From positions 192,001 to 256,000 of the forward strand of contig CAXXWC010000021.1 in NCBI GenBank assembly GCA_963668645.2: a DNA stretch of 64,000 nt. Direction: 5' to 3'. Below, one piece after another: positions 28,550 through 37,851 of this stretch. The notes below the pieces were generated by a model, which was not told where the DNA came from, did no database searches, and saw nothing but the letters and a program-made list of their open reading frames with translations. The DNA is from Desulfobacterales bacterium (GTDB taxonomy: Bacteria; Desulfobacterota; Desulfobacteria; Desulfobacterales; UBA2174). The number at the start of each line of letters is the position of its first letter. The stretch's first letter is position 1. Position numbers and translations under genes: made by a program.

Positions 28550-29083
28550 ATGCAAACCACCCGCTGGTACGTGATCACCGGCGCTCCGTGCGCCGGCAAA
28601 ACGAGCGTGATTCTCGATCTGGCGCGCCGGGGCTACCCGGTGGTTCACGAAACGGCCCGGGCCTATATCGAAAGTCGCCAGGCCGCCGGCCAATCCCTGG
28701 CGCAGATCCGGGCCAACGAGCGCTCTTTCGAACGCGAAATTTTGCGCCGCAAGATCGAGATCGAAGCCGCCCTACCCCCGGATCGGGTCACTTTTCTAGA
28801 CCGGGGAGTGCCCGACTCCATCGCCTATTTCAGAGCCGCCGATCTCGATGCGCAAGAGTGTTTCGCCGCCGCGCAAGCCTTTGGCTACGCCGGCGTTTTT
28901 TTTCTCGAACGGCTCGGCCTGCAAGCCGATACGGTGCGCATCGAGGACGATCACGGCGCAGCGCGGCTCGAAGCCCTGCTTTACGAGGCCTACCGTGAGT
29001 TGGGCTACCTTCCGGTGCGCATCCCGCTGCGGCCGGTTGAAGAACGCAGCGCCATGATTCTAGCGCAGATCGAGGCGCGTTAG
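28550..29083 (+). CDS. AAA_28/NadR-Ttd14-like P-loop ATPase
   Basis: ITGAPCAGKTS Walker A; FLDRGVPDSIAY. Confidence 0.78.
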   Translation: MQTTRWYVITGAPCAGKTSVILDLARRGYPVVHETARAYIESRQAAGQSLAQIRANERSFEREILRRKIEIEAALPPDRVTFLDRGVPDSIAYFRAADLDAQECFAAAQAFGYAGVFFLERLGLQADTVRIEDDHGAARLEALLYEAYRELGYLPVRIPLRPVEERSAMILAQIEAR

Positions 29084-29773
29084 CAGTTCTTTGATCTCCT
29101 CTTTTTTCAACGGGCGCCAGCGGCCGGCGGCCAGATTGCCGAGGTGCACGTTGGCCACCCGAACCCTTTCCAGGGTTACGACCCGTCTCCCCAGCCGGCG
29201 CACCATGCGCCGGATCTGGCGGTTCTTGCCCTCCTTTAGGATGATGCGAAAGCGGTCCGACCCCAGCCGCACCACCTCGGCCGGCCGGGTCTGGATGTCC
29301 AGGATCCGGATCCCGGTTCGCATCCGTTCCAACGCCGCATCGGGCAGCGGCCCGTCCACCGCCACCACGTATTCCTTCTCATGGTCGAAGGAAGGGTGGG
29401 ACAACCGATGATGGATCCGCCCGTCGTTGGTCATCAGCAGCAGCCCGCTGGAATCCTTGTCCAGCCGGCCCACGGGGTAGATACGCTGGGGCACATCCAG
29501 CATCAGGTCGGTCACGACCCGCTTGCCCGGGTGACGGCAGCTTGTCACGTAGCCCACCGGCTTGTTCAGGGCCAGATAGACCAGCGACTCCTGGAACGCG
29601 ACCGGCTTGCCGTCCACCGCGACCCGGTCGGCAGCCGGATCGATGCAGGTGCCCAAGGCCGTGACCACCTTCCCGTTGATCGTCACGTGACCTTGCTGGA
29701 TCAGCACTTCGGCCCGGCGGCGTGAACAGACCCCGGCGTGTGCCAGGAATTTTTGAAGCCGCATGGCATCCAT
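29060..29773 (-). CDS. rRNA pseudouridine synthase, RsuA/RluB family
   Basis: S4 domain RLQKFLAHAGVCSRR, LNKPVG, catalytic GRLD, EGKNRQIRRM. Confidence 0.92.
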   Translation of the reverse strand: MDAMRLQKFLAHAGVCSRRRAEVLIQQGHVTINGKVVTALGTCIDPAADRVAVDGKPVAFQESLVYLALNKPVGYVTSCRHPGKRVVTDLMLDVPQRIYPVGRLDKDSSGLLLMTNDGRIHHRLSHPSFDHEKEYVVAVDGPLPDAALERMRTGIRILDIQTRPAEVVRLGSDRFRIILKEGKNRQIRRMVRRLGRRVVTLERVRVANVHLGNLAAGRWRPLKKEEIKELLTRLDLR

Positions 29774-29792
29774 CGGTGCCCGTTCTTCCCTT

Positions 29793-30977
29793 TTACGAGC
29801 GATAGTCCGCGTTGATCTTGACGTAATCCAGCGAAAAATCGCAGCTGAGCATGGTGGCCTGCCCTGAACCGGCGCCAAGATCCAGAGTCACGCTGAAAGC
29901 GTCCTTGTGCAGCACTTCAGTGGCGGCCCGCTCGGCCTCCGGCCCGAGGCCGACGCCTTCGCTCACCATGCGGACATGGTCGAAGAAAAGAGACACCCGC
30001 CCGGGATCGAAGGCCACCCCGGCCCGGCCCGCGGCGGCCAGGACTCTGCCCCAGTTGGCGTCCTGGCCGAAAAAAGCCGTCTTGACCAGGGGCGAGTGGG
30101 CCACGGTGTCCGCGATCCGGCCGGCATCGACATCCGATGAGGCCCCGCACACCTTGATCGTCACCACCTTGGTGACCCCTTCCCCATCGGCGACCAACTG
30201 GCGCGCCAGCTCGATCAACAAGTCGTCCAGTGCATTTTGAAAAAGCTCCCGTGCTCCGGGCTGGTCGAGACGGACCCCAGAGATCCCGTTGGCCATGAGC
30301 AGACAGGTGTCGTTGGTGCTGGTATCGCCGTCGATGCTGATCCGATTGAAGGACCGGTCCACCGCCCGGCGCAAGACGGCCTTCAAATCCGCCGGCGTGC
30401 CCTGGATGTCGCTCATCACGAAACAGAGCAGGGTCGCCATGTCCGGCCGGATCATACCGGCGCCTTTGGCCACGCCCACCAGCGTCACGGGCCGCCCGGA
30501 GATGGTGACCTGGCGCCGCTCGGCCTTGGGTACCGTATCGGTGGTCATGATGCTTTCGGCCAGGGACCGGACATCGTCGGACTTCAGCGCCTTTACCAGA
30601 TCCGGCATCGCGGCACCGAATTTGTCCATCGGCATCGCTGCCCCGATCACCCCGGTGGAGGCCGCCAGAACCTGGTCCTCATCAACCCCGAGCTCGTGGG
30701 CCGCCATGGCGGTCATCGACAGCACGTCGCTCATCCCCTGTGCCCCGGTGCAGCAATTGGCGTTCTTGCTGTTGGCTACCACGGCCCGGCAGGTCCCGCT
30801 GGCGGCACGCCGGCGGCTCAGCTGTACCGGGGCGGCCTGGACCTGGTTGCGGGTGAACACGCCGGCCACACTGGCCGGTGTTTCGCTGAAAATCAGGCCG
30901 AGATCGCAGGCCCCGTTTTTTTTCAGGCCAGCGCATACACCCGCCGTTTTGAAACCCGGGCATCCGAATCGTTCCAT
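29793..30977 (-). CDS. argJ: Bifunctional ornithine acetyltransferase/N-acetylglutamate synthase
   Basis: STGVIG, IMTTDT, AKGAGMIRPDMAT, DGDTSTND, DGEG, DANWGR, YVKINADYRS. Confidence 0.96.
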   Translation of the reverse strand: MERFGCPGFKTAGVCAGLKKNGACDLGLIFSETPASVAGVFTRNQVQAAPVQLSRRRAASGTCRAVVANSKNANCCTGAQGMSDVLSMTAMAAHELGVDEDQVLAASTGVIGAAMPMDKFGAAMPDLVKALKSDDVRSLAESIMTTDTVPKAERRQVTISGRPVTLVGVAKGAGMIRPDMATLLCFVMSDIQGTPADLKAVLRRAVDRSFNRISIDGDTSTNDTCLLMANGISGVRLDQPGARELFQNALDDLLIELARQLVADGEGVTKVVTIKVCGASSDVDAGRIADTVAHSPLVKTAFFGQDANWGRVLAAAGRAGVAFDPGRVSLFFDHVRMVSEGVGLGPEAERAATEVLHKDAFSVTLDLGAGSGQATMLSCDFSLDYVKINADYRS

Positions 30978-31182
30978 GAGCTTGTTTTCCTTTTTCCGCC
31001 TTGCGAGAGAGAAAAAGCGCTGTTGTGCGCACCGGCCGCCAGTCTTGACAGAAGCCGTGTTTGTTGTCAATCTGCGCGATCCGTTGATCAAAGGTCGGGA
31101 AAATTCCCCCCGGGCGCCGCAGGCAAACCCGCCCGGCATCACTACGACGCATCCATGAGGCGCGAGAAAGAAAAAAGACTCG

Positions 31183-31365
31183 ATGAAATCCACGCAAATC
31201 GCCTGTAAACGCTGCGGCCGCCCCCTGAGACTGAGGCGGACTTGAACACGGGTGGAACTGCACTGCAGGTCATGCGGTGCCGCTTTCGGCCTCGAAGCAT
31301 TTCCCGAGGCCCTCGACGAAGCCATAGAGAACCTTCTGGCCTCGATCCCCTGCAATCGCATTTAA
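31183..31365 (+). CDS. Small dual-CXXC selenoprotein candidate (60 aa, in-frame UGA at codon 21)
   Basis: MKSTQIACKRCGRPLRLRRT-U-TRVELHCRSCGAAFGLEAFPEALDEAIENLLASIPCNRI; TGA at 31243-31245 with a SECIS-like hairpin just downstream. Absent from the ORF track. Confidence 0.8.
31260..31280 (+). promoter_or_regulatory. Bacterial SECIS-like element
   Basis: GCACTGCA-GGTCA-TGCGGTGC stem-loop starting 14 nt after the UGA; resembles the E. coli fdhF UGCAGGUCUGCA apical hairpin. Confidence 0.7.
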
Positions 31366-31378
31366 AGGGCAAAGCGCG

Positions 31379-32296
31379 TTGATCCTTGCCAACCTCTTTC
31401 CCGTTTTTACCCTCATCGTTCTCGGCGCCCTGCTCAAACGCCGGGGCCTGACCAATGACACCTTTCTGGCGACCTCGGACCGGCTGGTCTATTTCATCTT
31501 CTTTCCGGCCATGCTCTTCTGGAAAATCGGCGGCGCCGATCCGGGCTCCGGCATTCCCTGGCGCCTGTGCCTGGCGGTGGCCTCCGCCGTGCTGATCGTG
31601 TACGCCATCGCCGCCTTGAGCATGCACCCGGCAGGCATTACCGGTTTTCAGGCCGGCTCTTTTTCCCAAAGCTGCTACCGGTTCAACACCTACATCGGCG
31701 TGGCCATCCTGATCAACGCAATGGACGACGAAGGGGTGCGGCTCTTCGGCATTCTCATCGGTTTTCTCATCCCCATGATCAACGTTCTGGCCGTTTCCAC
31801 CCTGATCTGGTTTTCCGGCGAGCGCCTCGATGCCCGCCGCCGCGTGGTCGTAACCGTCAAGGCCCTGGTTTCCAACCCGCTGATCGTGGCCTGCCTCTGC
31901 GGCCTGGCCTACTCCCAGGCCATCAACCGGTTCCCCACCTTCGTGGACAACACCCTGCGTCTCATGTCGCTGATCACCCTCCCCCTGGCCCTGTTGAGCA
32001 TCGGCGGGGCACTGACCTTCGCCAACCTGCGCGGCTATCTCAAACCGTCGCTGGTCGGGGCGGTGATCAAACTAGTGGTCCTGCCCATAGTGGGCTATTT
32101 TCTGCTGCGCCACCTGCAAGTCACCGGCGCAGCCTTCCAGACCGCCATGCTCTTCTTTGCACTGCCGACCTCCACGGCCATCTACGTGCTCTCGTCCCAG
32201 CTCGGCAGCGACACGGCCTTGGCCTCGGCCACCATCGTGGTCTCCACCGTGCTGAGCTTTTTTTCCCTTTCCACCGTGCTTTTGCTGTTTTTCTGA
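31379..32296 (+). CDS. AEC (auxin efflux carrier) family transporter
   Basis: LVYFIFFPAMLF, RFNTYIG, NPLIVAC, PLALLSIG, LPTS motifs; about 10 TM segments. Confidence 0.88.
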   Translation: MILANLFPVFTLIVLGALLKRRGLTNDTFLATSDRLVYFIFFPAMLFWKIGGADPGSGIPWRLCLAVASAVLIVYAIAALSMHPAGITGFQAGSFSQSCYRFNTYIGVAILINAMDDEGVRLFGILIGFLIPMINVLAVSTLIWFSGERLDARRRVVVTVKALVSNPLIVACLCGLAYSQAINRFPTFVDNTLRLMSLITLPLALLSIGGALTFANLRGYLKPSLVGAVIKLVVLPIVGYFLLRHLQVTGAAFQTAMLFFALPTSTAIYVLSSQLGSDTALASATIVVSTVLSFFSLSTVLLLFF

Positions 32297-32348
32297 GTGC
32301 TGTCACCATCAATACCGGACCGGCAATCTTCGGTTGCCAAACATTCTT

Positions 32349-32371
32349 ATTGCGCATAGAATATGCGCAAT
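32349..32371. promoter_or_regulatory. Palindromic operator upstream of ccdA
   Basis: ATTGCGCATA-GAA-TATGCGCAAT, a perfect 10-bp inverted repeat. Confidence 0.65.
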
Positions 32372-32404
32372 GAATACCCATTATCTGTAAAGAAAGGCAG
32401 GGGA

Positions 32405-32653
32405 ATGCCGATCATCACTTACGATACGGCCGCAACCAAGAAGGCGACCAATGTCAGCATCAACGGCGATCTGCTGCGGCAGGCCAAAGAAGCGCGGATC
32501 AACTTGTCACGGGTGCTGGAAGAACGACTGGTTCAGTTATTGGTTGAAAAAAAACGCCAGGCCTGGATTGACGAAAACCGGCAAGCCCTGGAAAATTACA
32601 ACCGCCGCATCACGGCCCATGGCGTTTTCAGCAATGGCTTGCGGGGGTTTTGA
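32405..32653 (+). CDS. ccdA: CcdA-family antitoxin
   Basis: KKATNVSI...INLS...WIDENRQALENYN...GLRGF; stop codon overlaps the ccdB start. Confidence 0.9.
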   Translation: MPIITYDTAATKKATNVSINGDLLRQAKEARINLSRVLEERLVQLLVEKKRQAWIDENRQALENYNRRITAHGVFSNGLRGF

Positions 32654-32967
32654 TGGCCCAGTTCGACGTTTACCGAAACCCCGATCCGCGCACCAATTCG
32701 ACCATCCCCTACCTTGTGGATCTTCAGTCCGACCTGCTCGATATCTTGACGACGCGCGTCGTGGTCCCCTTGGTCAAGGCGGCGGTGATGGGCAAACCTG
32801 CCAGATACCTGAATCCTTCCTTTGACATCGAAGGCCAGTTGGTTGTCATGTCCACTCCGGAGCTGGCCGGTGTATCCCTGCACCATTTGGGAGACAAGGC
32901 CGGATCTCTGGCGCCGCACCGCGATGAGATCATTGCAGCTCTCGATTTACTGTTTACCGGATTCTGA
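32653..32967 (+). CDS. ccdB: CcdB-family gyrase-poison toxin
   Basis: MAQFDVYRN, PYLVDLQSDLL, TRVVVPL, LNP, IIAALDLLFTGF. Confidence 0.9.
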   Translation: MAQFDVYRNPDPRTNSTIPYLVDLQSDLLDILTTRVVVPLVKAAVMGKPARYLNPSFDIEGQLVVMSTPELAGVSLHHLGDKAGSLAPHRDEIIAALDLLFTGF

Positions 32968-32979
32968 TTCGTCCCGACC

Positions 32980-33717
32980 ATGCCGACCTTCAAGTTGACC
33001 ATCGAATACGACGGCACCGCCTATCACGGCTGGCAGCGCCAAAGAACCGAGCCGACCATCCAGGCCGCCATCGAAACGGCCCTGGCCGTCATGCTGCGCC
33101 GGCCGGTGCCCCTGATCGGCTCCGGGCGCACCGACGCCGGGGTCCACGCCCTGGGCCAGACGGCCCATTTTCGCGCCGAGACCCGGATCGCCCCCCAGGC
33201 CTTTTTGAAAGGGCTCAACAGCCTCCTGCCCGCCGACATCGTGATCAGCGAATGCGTCATCGCTGCAGACGACTTCCATGCCCGCTTCGACGTGCGCTCC
33301 AAGCACTACCGTTACCATATCCTCAATCGGATCCGGCCGGCCGCCATCGGCCGCCAGTACGTCTGGCAGATTCGCCGCCCTCTTGATGCCGGGGCCATGG
33401 CCCGGGCAGCCCAGACCCTGTGCGGCACCCACGATTTCAAGGCCTTCGAGGGCGCCGGCAGTCCGCGTGCCACCACGGTGCGCACCGTCCACCGCGCCGA
33501 TCTGACGACCGGCGACGAAGGCCGTATCATCTTCGACATCGAATGCAACGGTTTTCTGCGCTTCATGGTGCGCAATATCGTCGGGACGCTGGTGGAAATC
33601 GGAATGGGTAAACGTGCGCAGGCCGAAATGGCCGCAATCCTGGCAGGCGGCGACCGTTCCCGCTGCGGTGCCACGGCACCGCCCGGGGGCCTTTGCCTGA
33701 TGCGGGTCAGGTACTGA
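32980..33717 (+). CDS. truA: tRNA pseudouridine(38-40) synthase
   Basis: EYDGTAYHGWQRQ, SGRTDAGVHA, FHARF, GTHDF, FLRFMVRNIVG. Confidence 0.96.
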   Translation: MPTFKLTIEYDGTAYHGWQRQRTEPTIQAAIETALAVMLRRPVPLIGSGRTDAGVHALGQTAHFRAETRIAPQAFLKGLNSLLPADIVISECVIAADDFHARFDVRSKHYRYHILNRIRPAAIGRQYVWQIRRPLDAGAMARAAQTLCGTHDFKAFEGAGSPRATTVRTVHRADLTTGDEGRIIFDIECNGFLRFMVRNIVGTLVEIGMGKRAQAEMAAILAGGDRSRCGATAPPGGLCLMRVRY

Positions 33718-33765
33718 CGGCAATGTGCCGCAAAAATATCACCAAGAAGCGCCGCACGGCATGGA

Positions 33766-35601
33766 TCAGCGGCCGGCCTGGCTCTTGAGTTCCTGTACAC
33801 GCCGGTTGTAGTAGGCGATGACGTCGCGCCGGTCGAGCATCCCGATCAGCTGCCCGTGGTCCTCGGCATTCACCACGGGCAGGCTGTCGATGTTGCGCGT
33901 GGTGAATTTTTGCATCACGTGGTTGAGGTCTTCGGCCGGGGTGGTGACGATGATCTCGCTGGTGGCGATGTCACGCACCACCACCAGATGCTCGATCTCA
34001 CGGGAAAAGAGCACGGCCCGGATGTCGGTGCTCGAAAAGATGCCCACCATCCGCCCTGCCGCGTCCATGACGGGAAAATAGTGCTGTTTGGTGCGGGAAA
34101 AGTACTGCTTGAAATCGAGAAACGGCATGCTCTCCGGTATCAGCTCGACCTTGCGCACCGACTCGATCAGGTCCTTGACCCGGATGGTCTGAAGGATATC
34201 GACAAAAAACTCTCCGGCATGGGCCTGGGAATCGATGCGGCTTTTGACCTGGTTGTGAAAAATGGTGAAATTGCGCGACAGCAGATAGGCCACCGAGCAG
34301 ACCAGCAGGCTGGGCAGCAGCAGGCCGTAAGAATTGGTCATCTCCGAGACGAAGATGATCGTCGAGATGGGCGTGTTGGACACCGCCGTGAAAAAACCGG
34401 CCATGCCCACCACCACGAATGCTCCCGGATCGGTAACCACCGAGGGCATGATATCGTGAAAAATCAACCCCACCGCCCCACCCATGGCGCCGCCGATCAC
34501 GATGGACGGTCCGAACACCCCGCCGCTGCCCCCGGAACCGATGGTAAACGAGGTGGTGAGGATCTTGCCGAATGCCAATGCCAGCAAAAACGGCACCGAA
34601 AGGTGGCAGAAGAGGGCCTGCTGGGCAAACCCATACCCGAATGCCAGGGTCTGGGGTAAGAAAAAACCGATGAGCCCGGTCAGCAGCCCGCCAACGGCCG
34701 GCTTGAGGAAATTTGGAATGCGCCAGCGATGAAAAATGTCCACCGTGCCGTAAAAGGATTTAACATAGAACCATCCGATGCCGGAAAGGATCACCGCCAG
34801 CACCAGGTAAGGCCCCAGCTCCAGGGGCTGGCGGAAAACGAAGGCCGGAGCCTGAAAAAGAGAGCCCCAGCCAAAGATCAGGCAGAAGATACAGTAGGCC
34901 ACCACCGAGGAAATACCGGCCGGGATGATCACCTCCGAGTCGAATTCCGGATCCCGGTAGAGCACTTCGGCGGCGAACAGGGCCCCGGCCAGCGGTGCCC
35001 GGAAAATGCTGCCCACCCCGGCAGCCACCCCGGCGGCCATCATGATGCGCCGGTCGCGGTTGGACAGGCCCAGACGGGTCGCCAGAAAGGAGCCGAAACC
35101 GGCCCCGATCTGGGCGATGGGCCCCTCCCGGCCGCCGCTGCCCCCGGTGGTCAGGGTCAGGGTGGAGGCGATGGTCTTGATGATCGGCACCCGGCCACGG
35201 ATGAATCCGCCGTGGCGGTGGAAGGCGTCGATGGCCGCATCGGTGCCGTGCCCCTCGGCTTCCGGGGCGAACGTGTAGACGATCCAGCCGCTGAGCAGCC
35301 CGCCGACAATCGGCAGGACCAGCAGAATCCAGCGATTGAATGGCGTAGCGGTGGGCGCCATCAGGTGGTGCTCGCCCGCCGGCGGTGGCGGCCGGTAACC
35401 GGCCAAACCGTCCAGAAAATGATGGAGCCCCAACTGGGTCAGGTACTGAAAGAGGGCGGCCCCCAGCCCGGCGATCACCCCGATAAGCACGAAGTGTACG
35501 GCCCACCGGCCGGCCCGGGAAAAATCCACCGGAATCCAGTCGGTCATCTTGCGGCGCTTTCGGGCAACCGTCCCTCCATTAGCGGGGGCCGGGGCAGTCA
35601 T
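33766..35601 (-). CDS. ClC chloride channel/antiporter with a CBS pair
   Basis: GSGGREGP, FRAPLAGALFAAE, GGSGGVFGP and C-terminal CBS domains; ATGA overlap with the upstream gene. Confidence 0.9.
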   Translation of the reverse strand: MTAPAPANGGTVARKRRKMTDWIPVDFSRAGRWAVHFVLIGVIAGLGAALFQYLTQLGLHHFLDGLAGYRPPPPAGEHHLMAPTATPFNRWILLVLPIVGGLLSGWIVYTFAPEAEGHGTDAAIDAFHRHGGFIRGRVPIIKTIASTLTLTTGGSGGREGPIAQIGAGFGSFLATRLGLSNRDRRIMMAAGVAAGVGSIFRAPLAGALFAAEVLYRDPEFDSEVIIPAGISSVVAYCIFCLIFGWGSLFQAPAFVFRQPLELGPYLVLAVILSGIGWFYVKSFYGTVDIFHRWRIPNFLKPAVGGLLTGLIGFFLPQTLAFGYGFAQQALFCHLSVPFLLALAFGKILTTSFTIGSGGSGGVFGPSIVIGGAMGGAVGLIFHDIMPSVVTDPGAFVVVGMAGFFTAVSNTPISTIIFVSEMTNSYGLLLPSLLVCSVAYLLSRNFTIFHNQVKSRIDSQAHAGEFFVDILQTIRVKDLIESVRKVELIPESMPFLDFKQYFSRTKQHYFPVMDAAGRMVGIFSSTDIRAVLFSREIEHLVVVRDIATSEIIVTTPAEDLNHVMQKFTTRNIDSLPVVNAEDHGQLIGMLDRRDVIAYYNRRVQELKSQAGR

Positions 35602-36911
35602 CGGGGACTCAGGTCCTCCACGCCCTGAAGGATGGTGTCGAAAAGGGCCTGGATATCATCGGCCTCGATGCATGAAAAGGCCACCCGCAGGTTTTGTTCA
35701 CCCAGGGCGATGAGCCCCACCCCGTAACGGTCCAGCAAGTGAACCCGCAAGGTTTCGGCCGCCACGGTCTTAAGCCGCAGGCACATGAAGTAGCCGGAGT
35801 TGAACGGATAGACATCCCAGGCCGCGGCGTACTTGGAGTCCGCCAGCACCTGCTTGACCCGCTCGGCACGCTCTTTGAGGACCTCGAACTTTTCCTGCTT
35901 CTCTTCCCGGTAGTCGGGGCTCTGCATCGAATCCAGCACCAGGCGCTGGCTCAGGTGGGACGCGTTGGAAATCGTGCCGCGGATGGACCCGGCGGTCTTT
36001 TTTTCCAGGGCCTCGTACACCGGCCGCGGATCACCCTCCAGCGGGCAGCCGTAAGTGATGAATCCGACCCTCAGCCCCCAGACGAAGTTTTCCTTGGTCG
36101 CACCGTCCACCTTGACCGCCAGAAGCCGCGGGTGGCGATCGACCAGGCGCGCGAACAGGGACTCGCGCATCGTTTCGGCGGTGTAAAAGAGCCCGAAGTA
36201 AGCATCGTCGGTAACGGCAAGGATCCGCGCGCCGGACTCGGCCTGTTTGACCAGGCACCTTGCGATGGATTCGGCCTCGATTTCGCTGGGCGTATAGCCT
36301 GATGGGTTGTGGGGAAAGTTGAGCAGAACGATGACCTTACCGTTCTCTTTGGCTTCGCGGCTCACGACATCCTCGAAGGCCTCGATGTCCAATCCACCGA
36401 TCTCGTTGAAAAAACGGTAGGTGGCGATCCTGGCCCCCCTGCGCACCCCGAAAATCATGCTGTAGTTGCCCCACATCATATCGGGCAGCACCAGCACGTC
36501 TCCCGGCGCCACCCACAGATCGGCAAAGGTGCTCAGGGCATGGGTCACGCCGCTGCAGACCACCGGCAGGCTGATGGCCTTTCCCGCCAGGCTCGGATTC
36601 TTTTCTAGCAGGGCCTCAGTCCAGCAACGGCGCAGGTCCGCGAGACCGAAGGAGGGCGCGTAGTTGAGGGTCTTTTCGGGCTTCAGATCCCCCAGCGGCG
36701 CCATTACCGACTTAAAGTGCATGGTTCCACGGCGGTCGGTGGCGATTCCGATGGTGGCGTTGAAGCGATGGGCCTTTTCCTTGGCTTCGGCGCTCTGGCT
36801 CAAGATTCCTTTGGGGAAAAAAAGTTGTTTGCCCATGGGGGCCAACATCTCGAAAAGATCGGGGTTGGCACGGGATATCACTTCGTTCAGTTGGGCGGCG
36901 ATCGGGTTCAT
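35598..36911 (-). CDS. PLP-dependent aminotransferase class I/II
   Basis: LNFPHNPSG, DDAYFG, DGATKE (PLP Lys), WGLRVG. Confidence 0.88.
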   Translation of the reverse strand: MNPIAAQLNEVISRANPDLFEMLAPMGKQLFFPKGILSQSAEAKEKAHRFNATIGIATDRRGTMHFKSVMAPLGDLKPEKTLNYAPSFGLADLRRCWTEALLEKNPSLAGKAISLPVVCSGVTHALSTFADLWVAPGDVLVLPDMMWGNYSMIFGVRRGARIATYRFFNEIGGLDIEAFEDVVSREAKENGKVIVLLNFPHNPSGYTPSEIEAESIARCLVKQAESGARILAVTDDAYFGLFYTAETMRESLFARLVDRHPRLLAVKVDGATKENFVWGLRVGFITYGCPLEGDPRPVYEALEKKTAGSIRGTISNASHLSQRLVLDSMQSPDYREEKQEKFEVLKERAERVKQVLADSKYAAAWDVYPFNSGYFMCLRLKTVAAETLRVHLLDRYGVGLIALGEQNLRVAFSCIEADDIQALFDTILQGVEDLSPR

Positions 36912-37078
36912 GCACGTTTCTCCATGCGACGGTTGGTTACGAGGCGCGCCGCTGGGTTCTTGAAGGTGTCTCCGGCGGCACGCCGATTCGACAAATCTTG
37001 ATTACATACCGGGGCCGACTTATACATGTCAAGACTCTCATCGTTCTGTCAGCAATTCAATGAAGGGTGGAAAGCGGC

Positions 37079-37807
37079 GTGAAAAAAATCCTGATTCTGA
37101 AGCTGGGAAGCACCTTTGCCGGCCTGGCGGCCCAACGTGGCGATTTCGAAAACTGGATCATGGACCGCTCGGGGTTGGCGCCTGAGTTTTTTGAGGTTGC
37201 GGACGCCTGTTGCGGCCGGCCTCTGCCCGATGCGGTGGATTTCGCGGGCGTCGTTCTGACCGGGTCCCACGACATGGTCACCGATCGCCGGCCCTGGAGT
37301 GAAACCACCGCGGCCTGGATTCCCACCGTGATGAAACAGGAGGTCCCGCTGTTGGGCATCTGCTACGGCCATCAACTCATCGCCCACGCCTTGGGCGGCC
37401 GGGTGGGCGACAACCCCAGCGGCATGGAGATGGGCGCGGTGCAAATTCGCCTGACCGCCCAAGGACACGGTAATTTTCTGTTCAAAGACCTGCCCGGTGA
37501 AATAATGGTCATCGCCTGCCATACCCAGTCGGTGCTCGCCCTGCCGCCCGGGGCGGTCCGGCTGGCCGGCTCCGCCCGGGACGGACACCACGCTTTTGCC
37601 GTGGGAGAAACCGGTTGGGGGGTTCAGTTCCACCCTGAATTCGATGCCCCCATCATGGAAACCTATATCCGTGAAACGGCCGGGGCCCTGATCCGCCAGG
37701 GGCAAAATCCCGATGAGCTCATCCGGGGGCTGGGAGCCTTGTCCCATGCAGGCAGCGCCGTGCTGGAACGATTTTGCACCCTAGCCCTGCATCGAACCGC
37801 TCAATAG
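37079..37807 (+). CDS. Class I glutamine amidotransferase
   Basis: LTGS, GICYGHQ (catalytic Cys), GVQFHPE. Confidence 0.88.
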   Translation: MKKILILKLGSTFAGLAAQRGDFENWIMDRSGLAPEFFEVADACCGRPLPDAVDFAGVVLTGSHDMVTDRRPWSETTAAWIPTVMKQEVPLLGICYGHQLIAHALGGRVGDNPSGMEMGAVQIRLTAQGHGNFLFKDLPGEIMVIACHTQSVLALPPGAVRLAGSARDGHHAFAVGETGWGVQFHPEFDAPIMETYIRETAGALIRQGQNPDELIRGLGALSHAGSAVLERFCTLALHRTAQ

Positions 37808-37811
37808 CCGC

Positions 37812-37834
37812 CTATCCCGGTATCACCGGGATAG
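37812..37834. terminator. Hairpin between convergent genes
   Basis: CTATCCCGGT-ATC-ACCGGGATAG. Confidence 0.55.
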
Positions 37835-37851
37835 CGGCAAGACGGCCCGGG

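Noticed and set aside
32940..32967. CcdB inactive because the C-terminus is TGF rather than WGI
   Set aside because: Chromosomal CcdB proteins with Thr at this position (e.g. Vibrio fischeri, from memory) remain active, so inactivity cannot be inferred.
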